64,000 nt of DNA from a bacterium (GTDB taxonomy: Bacteria > Zhuqueibacterota > Zhuqueibacteria > Residuimicrobiales > Krinioviventaceae). Each line of letters starts with the position of its first letter. The stretch's first letter is position 1. Below the pieces are notes generated by a model. It did not search any database. It worked only from the letters and a program-made list of their open reading frames with translations, and was not told the DNA's origin. This document shows, piece by piece, positions 38,265-48,361 of this stretch. Both the position numbers and the translations under genes were made by a program. The stretch spans positions 1,792,001 to 1,856,000 of the forward strand of contig CAXXMD010000002.1 in the NCBI GenBank assembly GCA_963675755.2, in the 5' to 3' direction.

Positions 38265-41200
38265 TTAAATATTCACCTGAATATTCAACCCCCAGAATAT
38301 ATCACGTTTATTCAAAAAAGTCCAGGGTGTAAAACCCGGCATGTCGATATATTCTTTTTCGCCGTCATGGGGATAATCACCGGGGCGGTCACCGCCGTCA
38401 ATGTCAAACGAATTCATGTAATTCACAAACTCATCCTGCCAAAGCGGGTGGGCGTCCCACGTCCAGTTGGCGTCCACACCTGTGAGATAACCGTCATCAT
38501 CATAGACATAACCGTTCGGAGTATTCATGTTCTTGTTGTTGAACAGGTTAAAGACATCCATGTACATCACAGCTCGTGCATTACCGAATGAGAACAATGC
38601 CTTGCTGATTCGCAGATCGGTATTCTGGTACGGTCGCCATTGGATGTCCTTGCGCTGCCACTGAAAAGTCTCGCCCTCTCGCCAGGTGTATACCGCAGCC
38701 ATCTGCCAGCCGCCGAATGGATGTATTCCAGCCCAGCCCGGTCCCATGTGCTGTGGGGTATGCGCATGCACCTGCCAGCGCAGAGTGGAGCGGAACGGAG
38801 TTTCTATCTTTTTCGTATCAAATGGCTCATCCGGTATTGAAGGATCCTGATAGATAACCTGATAGCCGTAATACTGCTTACTTGACCGCTGACCATTATA
38901 ATAAAATATTGTATTAAACCAGTTGAATGGAGAGTAATCAAGGGTAAACTCGACTCCGGAAACTGAGCGGTTGATATTATTAACCGGTTTTTTATAGTTA
39001 AAGTTTCTTGACCAGAGCTCGTCTCGTACATAAAAGAAATATGTAAAATTGGTGGTTATTTTAGAATACTCATTTTTTATATCATGGGCATATATTGCAA
39101 TTTGCGTTTGTATTTTATTCCATACAGCGGAACTCATTCCAAACTCATAGTTGACAGACGAAGGGCTTTTCAAGTTTGGATTTGCGACCGGATCAATCCG
39201 GTATCCATCTGTGGTCTTGTAAGCAAACATGTATTTGTCCGCTGCATCCGGCCACTCGGTAAACCTTCCAAAATTAAAATATAAGCGGGTCTCTTTTCCA
39301 ATGTCATAATTGACATAGATTCTTGGACTCAATATAAAACAGCCAAGATTTTGTACAGGTTTTGTGGAATCACGGTGCCCCGGTGCCAAAATATTGCTAA
39401 AGGGTCCGTTTCGCAAATCATCTTCATCACCTTCAAAAGAGATAACCTCGCCCTGATCAATCCTATCATATCGTAATCCCGTGTATACAGAAAATTTGCG
39501 ATTGATCTGCCAGAAATCTGAAATATATAATGCACTTTGCCAGGGACTGGATTCCGCCCAGTCAATATAACCGCTTCCCAAACTTGAATAGATCTGGTGA
39601 AATTTGAACAAAATCCTGTTTCGCATTGTTTCAAAACCGAATTTAATTTTATGGTTATTTGCCGGATCATAATACAAATGGCCTTTTAATCCAACTCTTC
39701 GGTTTAGGGATTCATTGTCAAGTATTTCTGTTCCACCCATCATGTATAATTCAGATAAATCTTTCCACATAACAGGATCCATACCATATGGAGATTCATC
39801 ATACCAATAATCTCCTATTCTTATTTTTGCCCAATCCTGCCAATTTTCCCATTTATAATATTCCTTATCAATAAATTCCTGAATGGTTTCAAGATTTCCG
39901 ATTCGGCCATATTGTAAATGCGTTAAATTAAACTTATTCCCTTGTATTGGTGCTGTATTTCTCTGCTGCATTTCTACATCATATTCCGTCAAAGCGTAGG
40001 TAAATTCTAACTGATATAATAGTTTGGGTAAAATCTGGTGTTCAAACCGTACCAGCCCCTGCCGGGTATTATATTCCATCGGGGTTTTGAAATGCGGATA
40101 CCAAAGCCTATTTGCCGGATAAAACACATTAAATGGATTTGAGGCAATAGTACCATTGTTTTCGTGCCAGGCGCCGGGTATTATCCCATACTGCCGGTCG
40201 TTGCGGAACTGTACATCCATTCCGGCATAGCGACCAAACTGCATGTGCACATTGGCCTGGGTCGAGCGTTCACGATAGGTATCGTTCGGCATGGTGATGG
40301 CATATTCGGTTTCATCCTGGCTGTGATAAAACGTCCAGTTGATCCAGTTGAATTTGGGCACTACCCCACCGGCAAATATTTCGCCCTGCCAGTCCGGCAA
40401 GTCGCCATACTCTAAATAGGCATCCTCATCTGTAACACTGCTCAGATCCATATCCACAAGTCCTTTGCGGTCCAGATCACGCAGCAGATTGAGATTATCC
40501 ATAGAACGGTGCCGCCACAAATACAGAGCGTAATTCTCATAGGGTCTGGCGTAATGTGGATCACGACTATCAAGTCCGTCACTTCCTGTTAATCCGGAAT
40601 AGGCGTTCCAGCCTTGAAAATATTCGTTTCCGGTGAACGCGCCGTGTTCGATGCTGGCAAATGGCTGGTTGATAGGCGATTCCAGACTGTATGCCATGGG
40701 GCCGAAATGCTTCAGTCCCTCCCGGCTGTAGCGGGTGTTGGTCTCAAACACAAAGCTTTTTTCCACCTTGCGAGTGGTGATTTTGATGATCGCTGACCTT
40801 GCGTCTCCATACTCTACCCCGAACCAGCCAGGCAGTACCTCAATGCGTTCAATATTATGCAAATCCATGTAATAAAACGGTTGTGCCGTTGCCGCATCAG
40901 ACATGTCCATACCATCCACAAATATCCGTGACTCACCGGCAGTACCACCGCGGAACCGTGGCTGGTCCGCATTGCGGTCGAACGCGTCAAACCCCGGCAA
41001 AGTATTCAGCAGCGATGCCAAATCGCGATATGGCAGGGCTTGAATGTCATTACGAGTAAGCACATACCGCTGCGAGTCATATTCTTTTTCAACCAGTTCC
41101 GGCCAGGTTTTAGGGGGTTTTGGAGGTTTAGGGAATTGGGCAATATTATCAGGATCCCAACGCACATTGGGGATCACTGTTAACAGTCCAATCTCAAGAA

Positions 41201-41489
41201 TAGTTTTTTTGTCAGGAACAACAACAATACTATCCCTTACTACAGGTATATACCCTTGCTTGCTGATCCTGATGTTATAGGAGCCCGCCATAATTCTGTG
41301 TATAGTAAAATTACCGGACTTGTCGCACTGGGCTTTAAAATTTTCTCCGATAAATTCAAGGACAGCATCACTCAACGGCTCCCCGGTTTCACAATTATAA
41401 ACCCTGCCTTCCAGACTACCATAATCCATTGCAAAAAGGGAAGAAAATAATACAACTATAATAATACTATAAAGTATAGTCGGTTTCAT
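38265..41489 (-). CDS. TonB-dependent receptor-like outer membrane protein with carboxypeptidase-regulatory-like N-domain
   Basis: GSLEGRVY..ETGEPL; plug motifs FRGG...IFVDGM, IERIEVL.G.FGVEYG.ARSAIIKITT; NPNLK, DVFNLFN, terminal beta-strand. Confidence 0.87.
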   Translation of the reverse strand: MKPTILYSIIIVVLFSSLFAMDYGSLEGRVYNCETGEPLSDAVLEFIGENFKAQCDKSGNFTIHRIMAGSYNIRISKQGYIPVVRDSIVVVPDKKTILEIGLLTVIPNVRWDPDNIAQFPKPPKPPKTWPELVEKEYDSQRYVLTRNDIQALPYRDLASLLNTLPGFDAFDRNADQPRFRGGTAGESRIFVDGMDMSDAATAQPFYYMDLHNIERIEVLPGWFGVEYGDARSAIIKITTRKVEKSFVFETNTRYSREGLKHFGPMAYSLESPINQPFASIEHGAFTGNEYFQGWNAYSGLTGSDGLDSRDPHYARPYENYALYLWRHRSMDNLNLLRDLDRKGLVDMDLSSVTDEDAYLEYGDLPDWQGEIFAGGVVPKFNWINWTFYHSQDETEYAITMPNDTYRERSTQANVHMQFGRYAGMDVQFRNDRQYGIIPGAWHENNGTIASNPFNVFYPANRLWYPHFKTPMEYNTRQGLVRFEHQILPKLLYQLEFTYALTEYDVEMQQRNTAPIQGNKFNLTHLQYGRIGNLETIQEFIDKEYYKWENWQDWAKIRIGDYWYDESPYGMDPVMWKDLSELYMMGGTEILDNESLNRRVGLKGHLYYDPANNHKIKFGFETMRNRILFKFHQIYSSLGSGYIDWAESSPWQSALYISDFWQINRKFSVYTGLRYDRIDQGEVISFEGDEDDLRNGPFSNILAPGHRDSTKPVQNLGCFILSPRIYVNYDIGKETRLYFNFGRFTEWPDAADKYMFAYKTTDGYRIDPVANPNLKSPSSVNYEFGMSSAVWNKIQTQIAIYAHDIKNEYSKITTNFTYFFYVRDELWSRNFNYKKPVNNINRSVSGVEFTLDYSPFNWFNTIFYYNGQRSSKQYYGYQVIYQDPSIPDEPFDTKKIETPFRSTLRWQVHAHTPQHMGPGWAGIHPFGGWQMAAVYTWREGETFQWQRKDIQWRPYQNTDLRISKALFSFGNARAVMYMDVFNLFNNKNMNTPNGYVYDDDGYLTGVDANWTWDAHPLWQDEFVNYMNSFDIDGGDRPGDYPHDGEKEYIDMPGFTPWTFLNKRDIFWGLNIQVNI

Positions 41490-41570
41490 ATCACACCCCT
41501 GAATTATAAATGTGAAACCTGAAAAGAATCAAATACAATCCATGTTTATTATCTGTAAATCCGGTTACAA

Positions 41571-42545
41571 TTATTCTGCTGGTACCACCCACAACTGCCC
41601 ATTTTTATCAAAAGCCATATCCCTGATTTGGGGAATTCGGGTATTGTTCTTATCCACAAATGCAAAATATCCGGTAATATTTAATTCATTATCAAATCGT
41701 ATACAGATTTTTTGCGCATTATCAAATACATACAATTGATTGTAAAATGCCATTGCCTGAAAACCTTCGGCTTCAGTCACATGGATTTCACCAGCCTGCA
41801 ATGGATTCTGTTCAAACTCTATAATCATAGTTCTGCTGCATCCCCAAAGGGTATTATTTTTTTCATCCAGGGTCAGCCCGACCAGATTTACACCATCAAT
41901 GTAATTTCGATCCAGAATAGAATTGCTTTCAATATCCACAACAACAACCGTATCCGGGAAATGGCACGCAAAGAGTATAGAATCATTTGCTGTAATTGTA
42001 CTTATGTATGTATCACCCAGGGGATTACCAGGAGTTTCCTGCAGCTCCCAGTTAATTGTATTACTTTTTAAAATTTTTAAGGGATTATCCCATATAATTG
42101 CCAGAGAATCATTAATAGCAAGCGGCAAATCGATATATTCGCTGGCCAAATCTTTGAATCGCTTGACGGAAAATTTTGTTGGCAAGCTGTAATTACGCGT
42201 GGTATCGCCATGTTCAATTTGCAGAGCTACACTGCTAATGGCAAGATCATATCTGTAAAGAGTAACCGTATACAATCCGGGATAAATGGGATCAACGGTA
42301 AAGGTACCGTTTTCATCAGTTAGAGTTTCCAACGGAGTGAATTCTACATCATACAACATGTTATTTGCAGAAACAACCACCTTGATCTCCGAAAGTAAAT
42401 TGCCGGAAAAGCTGTCTGTTACCGTACCTGTAAAAATATACTGCGGAGCCTCTGGTCTTACTACATTGTTATCCTGTTTTCCCCAGCAGGATAGCAGAAT
42501 CAGTGTTAGAAAAGCAATCACCCGGAACAATACTTTTAAAGACAT
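41571..42545 (-). CDS. Lipoprotein with carboxypeptidase-regulatory-like domain and partial beta-propeller
   Basis: Lipobox LLSC; FTGTVTDS, TDENGTF, IRDMAFDKNGQLWV. Confidence 0.75.
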   Translation of the reverse strand: MSLKVLFRVIAFLTLILLSCWGKQDNNVVRPEAPQYIFTGTVTDSFSGNLLSEIKVVVSANNMLYDVEFTPLETLTDENGTFTVDPIYPGLYTVTLYRYDLAISSVALQIEHGDTTRNYSLPTKFSVKRFKDLASEYIDLPLAINDSLAIIWDNPLKILKSNTINWELQETPGNPLGDTYISTITANDSILFACHFPDTVVVVDIESNSILDRNYIDGVNLVGLTLDEKNNTLWGCSRTMIIEFEQNPLQAGEIHVTEAEGFQAMAFYNQLYVFDNAQKICIRFDNELNITGYFAFVDKNNTRIPQIRDMAFDKNGQLWVVPAE

Positions 42546-42702
42546 AACCATCCCCTTTTTATCATGAATGAAACAGGAATTCCCCAAAATTTCATCAATT
42601 TGATCCCTGTATATTGATTTATTAAAAATAAATAATTGAAATATATGATAAAAAATAGTTATTATGTATACTGTATGTTAATCTATTTTTAGGAGAATTA
42701 CA

Positions 42703-43599
42703 ATGGAAAAAATACTGACATACCTTGAAGAATCCGGAGACTGGATACTGACAACGGGATTAAAAATAGTATTAATTATTATCGTTATGATAATCATGTT
42801 CAAGCTGACCAAAGTCTTGTCTGACAGATTTGCTCAGTTGCTGACAAAAAGCAAAAGACTTGATGCAGAATATAAAAAGAGAACAAACACACTTTCCTCT
42901 GTGGTTAAACACGTTGCAAATGTTTTCATTTTAACTTTTTCAATCATAACAATTTTGGCTCAATTGGGTCTGGAGATTGGCCCTATTCTGGCTGCTGCGG
43001 GTGTTGTTGGATTAGCTGTTGGTTTTGGCGCACAGAGCCTTGTCAAAGATGTTATAAACGGTTTTTTTATTTTACTCGAAGACCAGGTACGGGTGGGTGA
43101 TGTAGTGAATATAGGTGGTCACAGCGGTCTGGTAGAAAAAGTGAACCTGCGCATGGTCATTTTACGAGATCTTGCAGGAAATGTACATTATATTCCCAAT
43201 GGCACCATAGATATTGTTACCAATATGACCAAAGATTTTTCACGATATGTGTTTGATATTGGTGTGGCCTACCGTGAGAATGTGGATGAGGTTATCGATC
43301 TCGTTAAAAAAGTAGATGAAAACATGCGAGCAGACGAAGAATTTGCCGGTGACATATTAGAGCCCATAGAGATTCTGGGGCTTGATCAATTTGCAGATTC
43401 TGCAATTATCATCAAGGCCAGAATCAAAACCAAACCCATTCAACAATGGAAAGTGGGTCGTGAATTTAATCGCAGGTTAAAAATGACTTTTGATCAAAAC
43501 AATATCGAGATTCCTTTTCCACATGTTACATTGTATATGGGACAAGATAAAGATAATAGCGCTCCGCCATTGTTCATTAAACAAGATCAACAACAATGA
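42703..43599 (+). CDS. mscS: Small-conductance mechanosensitive channel family protein
   Basis: AGVVGLAVGFGAQSLVKDVINGFFILLEDQVRVGD, IPNG, IEIPFP. Confidence 0.93.
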   Translation: MEKILTYLEESGDWILTTGLKIVLIIIVMIIMFKLTKVLSDRFAQLLTKSKRLDAEYKKRTNTLSSVVKHVANVFILTFSIITILAQLGLEIGPILAAAGVVGLAVGFGAQSLVKDVINGFFILLEDQVRVGDVVNIGGHSGLVEKVNLRMVILRDLAGNVHYIPNGTIDIVTNMTKDFSRYVFDIGVAYRENVDEVIDLVKKVDENMRADEEFAGDILEPIEILGLDQFADSAIIIKARIKTKPIQQWKVGREFNRRLKMTFDQNNIEIPFPHVTLYMGQDKDNSAPPLFIKQDQQQ

Positions 43600-43625
43600 A
43601 GACAAAAAAGATCAGGAGAAAACCT

Positions 43626-44687
43626 ATGGCCCGTCTTTTAAAAAAGAGAACCCATGCAACGGGTTCGGTTCCGGGTACCCCCGTTTTTGTGGGGGAACAA
43701 AAAGAACAATCTGTAAATCTTCGATTGATTGATTATGATGAACCGAGTATAAAAGAAATAAGTTTAAAATCCATTGATGAGATCATTGAATACCTCAAAA
43801 CACCCTCTATATCCTGGGTTAATATTGATGGACTGCATGATACAGAATTGATTAAAAAGACAGGTGAATTGTTCAACCTGCATCCACTCATTATTGAAGA
43901 TATAACCAATACAGACCAGCGTTCAAAAATTGAAGAATATGACAACTGTATTCTGATCATCGCCAAAATGCTGTTCCATGATAAGGACAAAGGTATTATT
44001 TCTGAACAATTCAGCCTGGTCTTGGGCAGCAATTATGTTCTTACCTTTCAGGAACGCATTGGACATGTTTTTGATCCTGTACGTGAACGGATCCGTAAAT
44101 CCATGGGACGTGTTCGAAAAATGGGTGCGGATTATCTCGCTTATATATTGCTGGATACTATAATTGACAACTATTTTGTACTGCTGGAAAAGATGGGTGA
44201 ACAAATTGAAGATATGGAACTGGACCTCACATCTTCGGTCAAACCGGATTTCTTGCATGATCTCAATTATTTCAAACGTGAGATTAATTACATCCAAAAA
44301 ATGGTCCGCCCCATACGTGACAGCATTTCCAAAATGGCACGAATGGATTCCGATTTTCTAAGTGATTCCATATCCATCTATCTCAAAGACCTGGAAGACC
44401 TGATCATTCAGGTCTACGATGCTGTAGAGAGTTATCGTGAATTGTTGGTAGACCAGTGGGATATATACAATACCCATATCAGCAACAAATTGAATGATAT
44501 CATCAAAGTACTTACCATATTCTCTGTTATTTTCATTCCACTCACTTTTGTTGCCGGTATCTATGGGACGAACTTTGAATATCTACCCGAATTACATTTC
44601 AGATACAGCTATTTTATTTTCTGGCTCGCTTTAATAACCATTGCCGTATCCATGTTGTATTTTTTCAAGAGAAAGAATTGGCTTTAA
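43626..44687 (+). CDS. corA: Magnesium/cobalt transporter CorA
   Basis: WVNIDGLHD, LHPLIIEDI, FIPLTFVAGIYGTNF, YLPEL; AGGAG RBS. Confidence 0.93.
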   Translation: MARLLKKRTHATGSVPGTPVFVGEQKEQSVNLRLIDYDEPSIKEISLKSIDEIIEYLKTPSISWVNIDGLHDTELIKKTGELFNLHPLIIEDITNTDQRSKIEEYDNCILIIAKMLFHDKDKGIISEQFSLVLGSNYVLTFQERIGHVFDPVRERIRKSMGRVRKMGADYLAYILLDTIIDNYFVLLEKMGEQIEDMELDLTSSVKPDFLHDLNYFKREINYIQKMVRPIRDSISKMARMDSDFLSDSISIYLKDLEDLIIQVYDAVESYRELLVDQWDIYNTHISNKLNDIIKVLTIFSVIFIPLTFVAGIYGTNFEYLPELHFRYSYFIFWLALITIAVSMLYFFKRKNWL

Positions 44688-44713
44688 TCACCGGCTATGT
44701 CATTAAATTGTTC

Positions 44714-44745
44714 AAAAAAGGATTTCAGAATGGAATCCTTTTTTT
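44714..44745 (+). terminator. Intrinsic terminator after corA
   Basis: AAAAAAGGATTTC...GGAATCCTTTTTTT. Confidence 0.75.
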
Positions 44746-44872
44746 ATTGACTATTATCTAATAATTATTAAATTTAGTAAGCCAAGTAAAGCCTACCTTT
44801 ATAATAATAACATTTCTCTGCAGTCTCAAATCTTTATAGATTATTATATACAAGTTATATTGGAGTTACTTG

Positions 44873-46333
44873 ATGTTTAAAAAGTTTTTATTAATAATAT
44901 GTTTTATATATTCAAGTGTCATATTCGGTGATAATGTATTACTGCTGGATGGTGATGGGGATTATATTTCATTTTCACAACCCATAATCAATACAAATAC
45001 ATTTACCATAGAAGGTCGTGCGCTATTACATGACAGTGGTCGTGGTTTCTATAATGAAAGTCCGCTTTTTTGTCAAAGTTCAGATGCAAACGATCTGCAA
45101 GGGTCATGGATTAACATGATTCTGGAAAATCCGGATGGTGTTATTGAATTTTCTCTCGCATCTCCAGACAGTCCCGGTGTATCATACGAGCTTCCCCGTG
45201 CACCGTATGGCCAATGGTACCACTATGCCTGTGTCGTTGATCCTGACAGCATTAAACTTTATGTGAATGGCGTTCTGGAATCCCGTACTGCAAACACTCA
45301 ATTGGGAGCTTTTAATCAAAACATTGATTACATTGAAATTGGTCGACATCGGGTAAACGAAACAGATTACGGCTATTTGAATGGTATGATCAATGAAGTT
45401 CGAATCTGGAAGACAGCTCTGAGCGATACATTGATCCGTCAACATATGCACGGCACAATTAACTTATCATCTATTGATCCCAATCTGACCGCTTATTGGC
45501 GTTTTGATGAAATCGTATATGATACAACAAATAACAACAGAAAAAAAATTGTGCAGGATCTGTCCGGAAACGGCAATGATGGTATTTTGCACGGAGATGC
45601 TGCAATTGTACAGTACAGATCTGACCAATACGATGGCATTGTAAGAATTGGGTCTGTAACGGCATCTAACAGACAGGGAATGTATGCACCCCTGCATATA
45701 GATATCCCTATTGAAATCAACAATATTACAGTCAGTATTCAATGTGATACAACACTTGCAAAATTAATCACTGTTGTACCTAATCCTGAAATGATCTTTT
45801 TAAATTCATCCTTTATTCCGTATGCACAATCCGGCAATAATTGGATCATTTCGGTAACCAGCCCTAATAATTTTGGTTCATTGGGAAACTTGTTATGGTT
45901 AAAATGGGAAGCAACCAACCCTACATCCGAAGTCATTCCCCTGACTTTATTAACCGCTGAATATAGCGGTCAAAGAGAATCGCTGGTACTGGTTTCTGGT
46001 GAAATCTATGTTGAGCCTAATGTTACCAATATTGCAACGGATGAAAAATCACCAACTCGATTTATATTATTGCAAAATTACCCAAATCCTTTCAATCCGT
46101 TTACAACTATAGAATATCAACTGCAAAATCAATCAGAAATTGATCTCTCTATTTTCAATATCAAGGGAGAACATGTTAAAACGCTGGTAAATGATTTCAG
46201 ATTAGCCGGTAATCATACAATCCAGTGGAACGCACTTGATAAGGCGGGTAACAAAGTTGCATCAGGCATTTATTTTGTCAGGTTACAAACAAAAGATTTT
46301 GTAAAAATCCATAAAATGATTTTACAGAAATAA
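44873..46333 (+). CDS. Secreted LamG-like + cohesin-like + sorting-domain protein
   Basis: LLLDGDGDYI, WYHYACV, LYVNG, LNGMINEVRIW, DLSGNGNDG; QNYPNPFNP. Confidence 0.85.
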   Translation: MFKKFLLIICFIYSSVIFGDNVLLLDGDGDYISFSQPIINTNTFTIEGRALLHDSGRGFYNESPLFCQSSDANDLQGSWINMILENPDGVIEFSLASPDSPGVSYELPRAPYGQWYHYACVVDPDSIKLYVNGVLESRTANTQLGAFNQNIDYIEIGRHRVNETDYGYLNGMINEVRIWKTALSDTLIRQHMHGTINLSSIDPNLTAYWRFDEIVYDTTNNNRKKIVQDLSGNGNDGILHGDAAIVQYRSDQYDGIVRIGSVTASNRQGMYAPLHIDIPIEINNITVSIQCDTTLAKLITVVPNPEMIFLNSSFIPYAQSGNNWIISVTSPNNFGSLGNLLWLKWEATNPTSEVIPLTLLTAEYSGQRESLVLVSGEIYVEPNVTNIATDEKSPTRFILLQNYPNPFNPFTTIEYQLQNQSEIDLSIFNIKGEHVKTLVNDFRLAGNHTIQWNALDKAGNKVASGIYFVRLQTKDFVKIHKMILQK

Positions 46334-46394
46334 AATATTGACTTGAATCATTTTTATTTCTAAATTTAAAAAACTTAAAACAAGGGGTGAAAAA

Positions 46395-48182
46395 ATGTTA
46401 AAAAAGCTGGTAGTTGCAGTATTCATTCTCAGCACTATACTCATGGCAGAGCCGTATGCTGACAAAGTATTACTATTAAGTGGGGATGGTGACTTTGTAA
46501 AACTACCCAAACCTGTCATTCAATCAAACGTATTTACCATTGAAGCCTTTGCATATATGCACGCCAAAGGTGGCGGTTATTATAATCAAAATCCTTTATT
46601 TCAACAACGTGATATGGCTACAGAATATAACGATGGCAAATCTGCAATTGTTTTCTGTGCTGACATGCAATATAACGAAACGTATCTGGCAGTAAGAGAT
46701 GAAAATCAACTGGTTTATCGTCTAACCTGCCCTTCTCCTGATTTTGGTCAATGGAACCACTATGCGGTTGTCGTTCTCTATGATGTGATGTATCTTTATA
46801 TCAATGGACAGTTGAAGGATATACAGGAACGTGCTGACCAGGGATCTTTTCTGGAATCTCTTGACTATATTGACATTGGCAGAAGCAGAAGTAAAGAGAT
46901 TGATACCGGCTTTTTTAACGGAATGATCAATGAAATGCGAATTTGGGACCATGCAATGAGTGGTTCTCAAGTCCAGGAATTAAGTACTATAAACAATCTT
47001 GAAACCCAATTAGAACAAACAACCGGCATAGGCCTGGCTGCGTATTGGGATTTCAATAATATAAGATATGTCATGAATAGTGAAGACGTATTGGAACGTT
47101 ATGTTGTAGATAAATCCGGAAATGGAAATGATGGCTTGATGATTGATAAAGCAGCCCTTGTTCCCTATTCAGATCAACTTGCAGATAACAAAATCCAATT
47201 TCAAACAGTTCCATACTATAACGGACAAAACTCTGTTATTACACCTGTTTATATCGATCTTGATAACCAGAACGATATAAACACAATCAGAATCACATGT
47301 GATGGATTTGCAGGCAATGCAACAGCTACAGGTGCAAGCTTTAATCCCGAAATGGTTGATCCTTCCAATTCATCAATATACTGTTGGATGGAAGGTGATG
47401 AAATGATACTAAAGGTTATGAGTTCCAGTCCTATTGTGCCCAAAGGTGAAATTGCGTATATAGCATGGGAAATACAACCGCAAGCCAGTGGTCTTGTTCC
47501 CATAACAGCCAACAAATGCCAAATAAATGACCTTGATGTATCTGCAACTTTTGTAGAAGGTGGAATTTATATTCCAGAAAACGATGATACCAATCCCGTT
47601 ACTTTTGCAAATTTGAATGCTTCATACAATCCTGATCAAGGTGTTGTTGTGGAATGGCAAACCCATTCAGAGACCAACAACCTGGGATTCAACATTTACT
47701 CTAGCGCATATGCAAATGGTCCCTGGACTAAAGTTAATAGCGCTCTTATACCGGGTGCAGGCACATCAATGGAAAAACAACAGTATAACTTTATTGATGA
47801 AACCACCAGCAGCAACGGTACACTTTATTACAGAGTTGAACAAATGGATACTGATGGTACCACCTCTTATTACGGTCCTGTTCAATTGAGTGGCGTACTT
47901 CCGACCTATTACAGCCTGAGACGAAACTATCCCAATCCATTTAACCCGACGACCACGATCGAATATACCATCGCCAAAGAAGGCAATGTTGATATTTCCA
48001 TATACAACATACAGGGTCAGTTGATCAAAAATCTGGTAAATACCAGACAGGCATCCGGCTATTACAACCTCCAATGGGATGCAACCGATATGTATGGCAA
48101 TTCAGTTTCCACAGGTATTTATTTTGTGAAAATGAAATCGGGTGATTTTACCAAAATACACAAAATGACTTTTCAAAAATAA
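46395..48182 (+). CDS. Secreted LamG-like + cohesin-like + Ig-like + sorting-domain protein (paralogue of the preceding gene)
   Basis: Same LamG motifs; PVTF...WQTHSETNNLGFNIY module; RNYPNPFNP. Confidence 0.85.
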   Translation: MLKKLVVAVFILSTILMAEPYADKVLLLSGDGDFVKLPKPVIQSNVFTIEAFAYMHAKGGGYYNQNPLFQQRDMATEYNDGKSAIVFCADMQYNETYLAVRDENQLVYRLTCPSPDFGQWNHYAVVVLYDVMYLYINGQLKDIQERADQGSFLESLDYIDIGRSRSKEIDTGFFNGMINEMRIWDHAMSGSQVQELSTINNLETQLEQTTGIGLAAYWDFNNIRYVMNSEDVLERYVVDKSGNGNDGLMIDKAALVPYSDQLADNKIQFQTVPYYNGQNSVITPVYIDLDNQNDINTIRITCDGFAGNATATGASFNPEMVDPSNSSIYCWMEGDEMILKVMSSSPIVPKGEIAYIAWEIQPQASGLVPITANKCQINDLDVSATFVEGGIYIPENDDTNPVTFANLNASYNPDQGVVVEWQTHSETNNLGFNIYSSAYANGPWTKVNSALIPGAGTSMEKQQYNFIDETTSSNGTLYYRVEQMDTDGTTSYYGPVQLSGVLPTYYSLRRNYPNPFNPTTTIEYTIAKEGNVDISIYNIQGQLIKNLVNTRQASGYYNLQWDATDMYGNSVSTGIYFVKMKSGDFTKIHKMTFQK

Positions 48183-48191
48183 AAAATATTT

Positions 48192-48223
48192 ATCCCCGGT
48201 ATTATAATCATACCGGGGATTTT
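48192..48223 (+). terminator. Intrinsic terminator
   Basis: ATCCCCGGTAT...ATACCGGGGATTTT. Confidence 0.75.
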
Positions 48224-48361
48224 CATTCTACCTCTATTTCAAACAATCCTGGCATTTGCCCTTGCATATTAATAATAATTACCTATCTTTTTTTATATAC
48301 TTGTAGCAAAACTAGAACAATGTACCATATGGCTCCTCATTAATCATGTATGGGAGAAATA

